Position numbers and translations under genes: made by a program
IMG/VR virus record: IMGVR_UViG_3300026189_000002
Span: 1 to 64,000 of that record
DNA from: a virus
Strand: one strand, 5' to 3'
DNA length: 64,000 nt
Notes under the pieces: model-generated
The model's input: the letters and a program-made list of their open reading frames with translations, nothing else
Database searches by the model: none
Told to the model about the DNA's origin: nothing
Shown here: positions 57,470 through 64,000 of the stretch, piece by piece
Position numbering within the stretch: position 1 is the stretch's first letter
Layout of the letters: the number at the start of each line of letters is the position of its first letter

Positions 57470-60400
57470 ATGTCAGAGTTCCCGCTAAAACACTCGGGAG
57501 TAACAGCCCGCTTTACAACAGGCAGTGTAAATACAGGTTCGTCTAACGTAATCACCGGTATTCCGTACTGTTTGATTGGCACTTCTGTATCCGGCCCTGC
57601 TTTTGTTCCGCTTTCTTTTGGAAATAAAGAAAAATTTAGCCAGATTCACGGAGATTTAGTTTCCGACCACTTGGCTCAAGTTACTACTGACGAGCTGTTA
57701 AATCTAGAACAAGATGTGACTTTTGTTAGAATATTAGGCACCGGTGACGGCAAACCTAGAAACTTAGATGGAACAGTAACCAACGCTGGATTTATTGTAG
57801 GCGAAAATCAAATTCAAAACAACGTAGTAATAGATACTAGGCCTACAATTAACAATAATCAACAGATGGATGAAATAGTAGAAACAAATACTCTGCTAGA
57901 AAGATCTTTAGGCAATAATAAATTTTCTCATTCTCCAATAAACACTGCTGAGGCATCAAATTCTCACGGTAGAACTTATATATTAGGCTGTTTTTTAAAG
58001 CCTTATATAATAAGCAGGGTCGCCGGTGGTGGCTTGTTTGATCTTCCTGATAATAGCAAAATAAATACTTTTACCAGGTCTGGAATAGACATGAGTAAAA
58101 AGTCTGCTCCTATAATCAGAGCAGTCATAATGGCGGCATCAGGTGTTTCACTTTCAGTATCATCTTCTATTGAAAATACTCATAACGAACCAATAGATCA
58201 AGGGGTTACTGGGATATTTGGAATAGGTAAAGACGCAGGCCATCAAATTGGCAATGTAGATAAAGGCCCGGGTGGTGCTCTTCAAGAATTTTGTTTGTTT
58301 CAAAATGGGCATAAAGATGCTTCAAAAAGAAAATTAAATCTCAGCTTTGATAAAACAAATGATAGATTTTTTGCCTCTATATTGAATAGAGATCCAGATA
58401 GGCTTGAAGAAGAAGGCCACTATCTTTATACTAGCTATGATGACGTATATTTTTCTGATGCAGTCGTCGACAATGCTTACACAAATGCTACTCCTAAAGC
58501 ACCGGAGGTTCAAGGAGATCAAGAGCTGCAGGGGATTGAAGATGGAGAATATTCGGTTTTTTGTCTAAGAACAAATTCTGGAATTGGAGCGCAGGCTCAA
58601 CAAAAAGTATTAATTGCTCATGACGACGGCTTAAATGGAGAAACTATAATCATTACTATCCCTGCTAATATTCACGGTCAGGGAATACCCGCTCAAGCTA
58701 CGCCAATAACTATTAAAATAAAAACTGTAGAAGCAGTAATTGAAGATTTAGATGGGCTAACAAATACTATCGTGGTCTCTATTGCAGGTTTGCAAGGCGT
58801 AGCCCTTGCAAGAATAGAAATAGCACAGAGAATCAAAGAAGTCTTAAACAGAAAACTAGATGATCAAGGAAATCCAGATTTTCTTCACCATGTTCATAAT
58901 TTGCCGGCAGAACTAACTTCTAGTGAATCCCTAATAAAAGGCATAATAGCAGAACACGATCCTGCGGTAGACACAGTTAATTTAATACTAAAGGCATTAG
59001 GCAACGGAATATACGGAAACTCTATTTTAATAGAAACTTCTGATGAATCAAAGATAGCCGCTCAAGGATCCACTTTTGAGGGCGGCATAGATAATCAGCC
59101 AGGATCTTCCGGAACAACTTCCACAGAAGACTATTTGGGTATTCCTAATTTTGAAAAATTTAGAAATAGATATACTCATCCTAAAACCCCGTTTTTTGTT
59201 TCCCAGACAGTTAATGGAAGAGTATACGATCTTTTTAGGTTACACGCCGTATCAGATGGAGAGCATAAGGAGCCAATAGTTGCAACTATAAAACAAATAA
59301 GCCCTTCGGCTTCTTCATTTCAGAACAGAATAGAAAATACTTCAGACCGTCAAGTTAATGTAGATTTATATGGAACGTTTTCTTTAGAGATATCTGGGTC
59401 GATTATAGGCGATCCTATACTGGCAGATAACTTAAGTTTAGACCCTAGTAGTCCGGACTTTATCTCTAGAAGAATAGGCGACGTGCACTTGTATCACAAC
59501 CTTGATTCTTCTGAAAAAACTGTAGTAGCTGGAAAATATCCAGCTTTCTCTAATGATCCTCAGACTTTTGGAAAAATAAGAGTAGAAGTAAACCCGGCAA
59601 TCGAAAGAAAAGAAATACCACCAGAGTGTTTACCCTTCGGCTTCAGAGGAATGCCGCACTTAGCAACGGCAGGAAATACAGATGCTAATTCAAACGGCAT
59701 TTTTTATTTGCAAGATGATTGCCCTGCGGTCATTAAAAATATGCTAAATTCAGTAACAGAACCTCCTTTCCCATTAAGAGACAGAATTTGGGTAGATTTA
59801 AACTCTGAACCATCTGTAACAAACGTTAGTTGGGGAGCAGCAACTCAAGTATTAGGTACAAACAAAAACTTGTTTAACAACATGTCTTTTACAAGATATT
59901 TTCCAGATTTTAATACTAACATTCAAAATCCATGGATTGTTGATAATACTAGCAAAACAATTCTCGGTGGCAAAGAAATTAATAACGACAAATTTAATAA
60001 TAATGGATTTTCTTTAGAGAAAATATTAGTTCCTTGCAATGCAGATGAAGACGGCGTAAAGTCTATATTAGGCACATTTACAGACGGTGATATTACTAAC
60101 CCCAGGGATCTTCCAGGATACTTTTGGAAAGCGGCCAGGTATATTAGGGATGGTATAGACGACGGCGGTATTCTTCTCAACTATCCAAATAAAGACGACA
60201 CGCGATTTAATTTAAGTGCCGGTAATTCTACAAAGTTTCTAGAATTAAAAGACTTATTAAACACCGGTGTCCAAACATTGGCAAAATTTTCTTGTTTGTT
60301 TTATGGCGGATTTGACGGATTAAATATTTTTGACAAGCAAAAAAGAAATATGACAAATTTGGCTCTGTATGATGAGCAGTCAGAGTTAAGCCATAATAAA

Positions 60401-61465
60401 CACTTAGGCGGTCCAACTTTTAATGCGTATAGAACTGCTTTAGATATAGTAAAAGACAAGTCTTTTTCTGATTTTGACGTGTTATTAGTTCCATCGATAA
60501 CAAATAGAAAAATTTGCCAAGAAATATTGGATTTGGTAGAGGATAGGTTTGATTGTGTTTATATAATGGATCTGGAAAAATTAGATCAAGCAGGAAATAT
60601 TTTAGACCCCGAAATACAGCAGATTATACAAGATCGCTACGATGAGATTGCGTTAAGCAATTTAAATGAGTTTACCACGATCGTTCCTAATACGGTGCCT
60701 TTATATTCTGATGATAAAACTTTGGAAAACTTTAGAGACATTTCAGAAGATTCAAGCTTCTGTTCAGTTTTTTTTCCTGGCGCCAGATACAATAAAGAAT
60801 TTGGGGGTGTTACAGAAAATATCGCAATCCCAGGTTCTTCTTGTGCAGCCATGGTTTTAGCCAATACGCAAAAAGAAAAATCGTTAGCAGTAGCTACTAC
60901 TGGAAAAACTAACGGAAGTCTACCATTAGAATTAGCAGAAAGATCAATAGTTATAGGCCCAGATATAGAAAGATCTAGATATTCAAGTTTAGGTATTAAT
61001 TTATTTTTACCCAGCGAATCAGGATCTGGAATACACTTATCGGAAGCTAAAACCCTTATATTAAATACCTTAGGAAATAATTCAGGAAGAGATAGTAATC
61101 TATATTATCTTGCGCACAGAAGATCTATAATACACTTTAGAAGAGCGGTTAGGAATGCGTCTATGAGAACACTTTTTCAAGAAAATTCCAAAACTAATAC
61201 AACCAAACTTTTAAGAACTAGGATAAACGCGCTAGGTAGTTTAATGGTAGAAAACGACATTATAGACAGTTATTCTATAGTGTTTCCACACCCAGGAGAG
61301 TCTACCGGTTTAATTAATATAGCGGATGCTGCAACTTCCTCTCCATCTATTATCTACGGAACAGGAAATCAACTGGTAAGAGGATTAATTAATATAAAAT
61401 TAAGGTCTTCAAATATAGAAGAAGAAATAGAAGCAGAAGCTGATGACGATAATCCGAATGCATAA
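57470..61465 (+). CDS. gp18: Tail sheath protein paralog 3 (divergent)
   Basis: HSGV, GPAFVP, FVRILG.GDGK.R..DGTVTNAGF (shared with paralog 2), LPFGFRG, GGFDG. The C-terminal core motifs are degenerate. Confidence 0.8.
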   Translation: MSEFPLKHSGVTARFTTGSVNTGSSNVITGIPYCLIGTSVSGPAFVPLSFGNKEKFSQIHGDLVSDHLAQVTTDELLNLEQDVTFVRILGTGDGKPRNLDGTVTNAGFIVGENQIQNNVVIDTRPTINNNQQMDEIVETNTLLERSLGNNKFSHSPINTAEASNSHGRTYILGCFLKPYIISRVAGGGLFDLPDNSKINTFTRSGIDMSKKSAPIIRAVIMAASGVSLSVSSSIENTHNEPIDQGVTGIFGIGKDAGHQIGNVDKGPGGALQEFCLFQNGHKDASKRKLNLSFDKTNDRFFASILNRDPDRLEEEGHYLYTSYDDVYFSDAVVDNAYTNATPKAPEVQGDQELQGIEDGEYSVFCLRTNSGIGAQAQQKVLIAHDDGLNGETIIITIPANIHGQGIPAQATPITIKIKTVEAVIEDLDGLTNTIVVSIAGLQGVALARIEIAQRIKEVLNRKLDDQGNPDFLHHVHNLPAELTSSESLIKGIIAEHDPAVDTVNLILKALGNGIYGNSILIETSDESKIAAQGSTFEGGIDNQPGSSGTTSTEDYLGIPNFEKFRNRYTHPKTPFFVSQTVNGRVYDLFRLHAVSDGEHKEPIVATIKQISPSASSFQNRIENTSDRQVNVDLYGTFSLEISGSIIGDPILADNLSLDPSSPDFISRRIGDVHLYHNLDSSEKTVVAGKYPAFSNDPQTFGKIRVEVNPAIERKEIPPECLPFGFRGMPHLATAGNTDANSNGIFYLQDDCPAVIKNMLNSVTEPPFPLRDRIWVDLNSEPSVTNVSWGAATQVLGTNKNLFNNMSFTRYFPDFNTNIQNPWIVDNTSKTILGGKEINNDKFNNNGFSLEKILVPCNADEDGVKSILGTFTDGDITNPRDLPGYFWKAARYIRDGIDDGGILLNYPNKDDTRFNLSAGNSTKFLELKDLLNTGVQTLAKFSCLFYGGFDGLNIFDKQKRNMTNLALYDEQSELSHNKHLGGPTFNAYRTALDIVKDKSFSDFDVLLVPSITNRKICQEILDLVEDRFDCVYIMDLEKLDQAGNILDPEIQQIIQDRYDEIALSNLNEFTTIVPNTVPLYSDDKTLENFRDISEDSSFCSVFFPGARYNKEFGGVTENIAIPGSSCAAMVLANTQKEKSLAVATTGKTNGSLPLELAERSIVIGPDIERSRYSSLGINLFLPSESGSGIHLSEAKTLILNTLGNNSGRDSNLYYLAHRRSIIHFRRAVRNASMRTLFQENSKTNTTKLLRTRINALGSLMVENDIIDSYSIVFPHPGESTGLINIADAATSSPSIIYGTGNQLVRGLINIKLRSSNIEEEIEAEADDDNPNA

Positions 61466-61551
61466 TCTACAAATGTATAATTGAAACGAAAAGTTTTTCT
61501 TTCAGTACATATTTAATATAGAGATACTCATTGAGTTAGGAGATTTACAAA

Positions 61552-62040
61552 ATGCCAAATACTTTACCAGTATCGGACATGCTGCCAAATAAGTTTGAGC
61601 CCAAAAGAAAGTTTAGATGGGTTTTTGCTATTGAAGGTATAGACGCTTTTCTTATGAAGACAGCAAACCGTCCGACTATAAATACTGAAGAGATTACAAT
61701 TCCTTACATGAACCACACAAGGTATGTAGCTGGAAAGACTACTTTTGATACAGTTTCAGTCACTCTTCACGACCCGATTGCTCCTTCAGGCGCACAGCAG
61801 GTTATGGAATGGGTAAGAACCCACTTTGAATCTGTTTCAGGTCGAGCTGGTTATGCTGATTTTTACAAGCGCGATTGTCAATTAAAGCTTCTTGATCCTG
61901 TTGGAACCGTTGTTGAACTATGGGACCTAAAAGGAACTTTTATAACAAGCGCCGGCTTTGGAGATTTAGATTACGGTGCTAGTGATCCTACCGAAATATC
62001 TCTAACGCTACGATTTGATAACTGTATACTCCAGTATTAA
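61552..62040 (+). CDS. gp19: Tail tube protein (T4 gp19-like)
   Basis: FEPKRKFRW, AGK, LHDPIAPSGAQQVMEW, KLLDPVGTVVELW.LKG, GDLDY. Confidence 0.93.
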   Translation: MPNTLPVSDMLPNKFEPKRKFRWVFAIEGIDAFLMKTANRPTINTEEITIPYMNHTRYVAGKTTFDTVSVTLHDPIAPSGAQQVMEWVRTHFESVSGRAGYADFYKRDCQLKLLDPVGTVVELWDLKGTFITSAGFGDLDYGASDPTEISLTLRFDNCILQY

Positions 62041-62134
62041 TAAAAAATTAGTTAATTTTTTCTCCCTGGTATTTACATTAGCAATAAAAAAAATTACATT
62101 TATTTGGAATATAAAATAGAAAAGGGTTTTTTTT

Positions 62135-62986
62135 ATGTCAAATGACAACAGGGAGAATAATGCTATCTTCACTGCAGATGCAGCTCAGCGAGCTGGGTTT
62201 CAGGCTAGAAATGTATTAAAAGACGATTTCGGTCTAGAAATTCCAGTAGAGTCAATTCCACTTCCTTCGGGTGGAAAAGTATACAGCGCAGACTCTGCTC
62301 TATACGGAAAAGAAAGTATAGAAATAAGAGCAATGACAGCAAAAGAGGAAGATATATTAACCTCTAGAGCTCTTATTAAAAAAGGCACTGTAATAACAGA
62401 ACTAATAAAGTCATGCTTAATAGATAAAACTATAGACGTAGACGAAATGATTGCAGGGGATAGAAATGCAATCATGACTGCTTTAAGAATTACCGGTTAC
62501 GGTTCTGAATATAATGTAGAAGTAGACTGCCCTAATTGTGGCGGTAGAAGTAAACACGATTTTCAACTATCTGAGCTTCCTATAAACTATCTAGAAAAAA
62601 ACCCAGTTGCTGAAGGCGCAAATTTATTTGAGTTTAGTCTTCCTGTTTCTAAGAAAAAAGTACATTTTAAATTTTTGAATGGCAAAGATGAGACAGAGAT
62701 AGCTGTAGCTCAAGAAAGAAGAAAAAAGCAAGGGATGAAGTCTGATAACTTAATAACAACAAGACTTCAGTATGCAATAGTTGCAGTCGAAGAAATAACC
62801 GATAAGAACAAGATAAACACTTTTATCAGAAGTATGCCTGCAAGAGATTCTTTAGCTCTTAGACGCTTTATAGATTCTACTGAGCCAGGAATAGAAATGA
62901 AAGCGTGGATGGACTGCCCCCACTGCGATGAAAGTTCGGAGGTAAATCTGCCCTTAGGGGCCTCGTTTTTTTGGCCTGAATCCTGA
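62135..62986 (+). CDS. T4 gp26-like baseplate hub/tail assembly chaperone
   Basis: LPSGG.VY, MTAKEEDILT, GDRNAIM..LRITGYG, CPNC, LPVSK, CPHC and C-terminal FFWP. Lies between tube and tape measure. Confidence 0.75.
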   Translation: MSNDNRENNAIFTADAAQRAGFQARNVLKDDFGLEIPVESIPLPSGGKVYSADSALYGKESIEIRAMTAKEEDILTSRALIKKGTVITELIKSCLIDKTIDVDEMIAGDRNAIMTALRITGYGSEYNVEVDCPNCGGRSKHDFQLSELPINYLEKNPVAEGANLFEFSLPVSKKKVHFKFLNGKDETEIAVAQERRKKQGMKSDNLITTRLQYAIVAVEEITDKNKINTFIRSMPARDSLALRRFIDSTEPGIEMKAWMDCPHCDESSEVNLPLGASFFWPES

Positions 62987-63023
62987 GGATAAAAACATAT
63001 TTTTAGAAGCCATATTTACCTTA

Positions 63024-63236
63024 ATGTATTATATGGGCTTTACATATAGAGAAGCTTATATGCTTCCTATATGGCAGAGAATATGGTTTATTAATAGAAT
63101 ATCTGAAGAGTTTAAGAGAGCAAACGAAAGGCAATCTCAAGCTTCAAGAGCTGCTCACGACAATACGCCCGACATGAGAGCCCTCCAGGGCAATTCCAGA
63201 AGCCATGTACCTTCTAGATTATCTAGGTTTACTTAA
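63024..63236 (+). CDS. T4 gp51-like small protein, probably the C-terminal extension of the upstream chaperone
   Basis: IFTLMYYMGFTYREAYMLPIWQRIWFINR pattern. The frame is open back to 62958 and there is no clear SD. Confidence 0.6.
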   Translation: MYYMGFTYREAYMLPIWQRIWFINRISEEFKRANERQSQASRAAHDNTPDMRALQGNSRSHVPSRLSRFT

Positions 63237-63301
63237 AATAATGTCTAAGGTGAACTTAGGCAATATAATAATTATTTCCATGAAGATTTTGGTAAAGTAA
63301 T

Positions 63302-64000
63302 ATGGCTGATGAAGATTTAGGAAACCAACTTAAAATTCAGCAGCAGATCAACAACGTTCTCGCTAAAAGGCAGAAAATGTTGCTTGATCAAGTCCAAACG
63401 CTTGGTGCTCAAGCCAAGATGGCTAAAGAAATATGCAAAGGTCTAGAGTGTAAAGAGCTAGACGGCATGGACGAAAGAATTAATAGTATAAATGGAGGAT
63501 TAAAAGACGTAAGAACTCGCACCGATGAACTAAACGGTGCACTAGATCAAACCGGTAAAAATGCTAATAAAGCAGCTAAAGGCATTTTTAATATGAGCAA
63601 CGCTGTTAAAGCGGCAGCTTTAGTAGGTTTCGCCGGCGGCGTAGTATCTGCTTTTAAGGGCGCATTAACTATAATAAAAAACGTTATATCCGCTGCTGTA
63701 ACTTTAGTTAAAACAATCTACAATATAGGTAAAGCCGTTGTAAGCATACCATTTCAGGTAATGGAAGGATTATCTAAAATGGCTGCCAAAACGCACGATA
63801 TGTTAATTCCCGTAAGGGAAGCAGTTCAAGACATAGTAAGAGAATTTGGCAGCTTATCTTCGAACGAAGGCAAAGCTGTAATTGGTACATTTAAAACGCT
63901 GCAGAAACAGTCTAAGACTTTAGCAAAGGCTGGAATAAGTTTAGGAAACGCTTATGGTATAGATGAGGCCGGCGCTGCAGCTAGACTAAAGGCTATGAAT
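63302..64000 (+). CDS. Tape measure protein, N-terminal part (runs off the window; not in the ORF track)
   Basis: The frame is open from ATG 63302 to the window end: MADEDLGNQLKIQQQINNVLAKRQ...AVKAAALVGFAGGVVSAFKGAL... It is Ala/Gly/Lys-rich, helical, and follows the tube and chaperone genes. Confidence 0.75.
   Translation, partial: MADEDLGNQLKIQQQINNVLAKRQKMLLDQVQTLGAQAKMAKEICKGLECKELDGMDERINSINGGLKDVRTRTDELNGALDQTGKNANKAAKGIFNMSNAVKAAALVGFAGGVVSAFKGALTIIKNVISAAVTLVKTIYNIGKAVVSIPFQVMEGLSKMAAKTHDMLIPVREAVQDIVREFGSLSSNEGKAVIGTFKTLQKQSKTLAKAGISLGNAYGIDEAGAAARLKAMN

Noticed and set aside
41702-59092. Capsid and sheath inserts as inteins or introns
   Set aside because: The inserts are in frame and lack intein C/S...HN termini and homing endonuclease motifs.
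49836-62040. Bacterial extracellular contractile injection system (suggested by multiple sheath genes)
   Set aside because: Terminase, portal, protease, scaffold and capsid genes are contiguous, which indicates a complete phage.
71-62475. Numerous 60-166 aa minus-strand and alternate-frame ORFs in the track
   Set aside because: They lie antisense to or inside long, motif-bearing + strand genes, show no recognisable motifs, and are best explained as shadow ORFs.
1-64000. Alternative genetic code (stop codon reassignment as in some large phages)
   Set aside because: Standard-code ORFs tile the window, and TAG, TGA and TAA all terminate genes at sensible boundaries.
1-64000. CRISPR arrays, tRNA or rRNA genes, transposases or integrases
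   Set aside because: No repeat-spacer periodicity, cloverleaf or mobile-element motif was seen, and intergenic space is minimal.

Overview
This 64 kb window is AT-rich, densely packed and entirely + strand. It reads as the virion morphogenesis region of a large, T4-like (gp13-gp23-type) contractile-tailed phage in the standard genetic code. Gene order is: LamG-, collagen- and FN3-like tail or baseplate proteins (1-24946); a DNA-processing block of RuvC-like resolvase, primase-like protein and fused Mre11-Rad50; large terminase, portal and prohead protease; a cluster of small head-associated genes that includes a four-member paralog array; scaffold; two tandem major capsid genes, each with its own terminator; a stand-alone PAS protein and a membrane-anchored coiled-coil protein; neck and tail-terminator genes; three tail sheath paralogs; tail tube; a gp26/gp51-like chaperone pair with a candidate frameshift site; and the start of a tape measure gene. 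The most unusual signal is multiplication of the core structural genes. One related module of about 170-200 aa appears to be inserted at different sites in one capsid paralog and two sheath paralogs, and is nested twice in one of them. All assignments come from motifs and synteny recognised by eye; no database searches were run.
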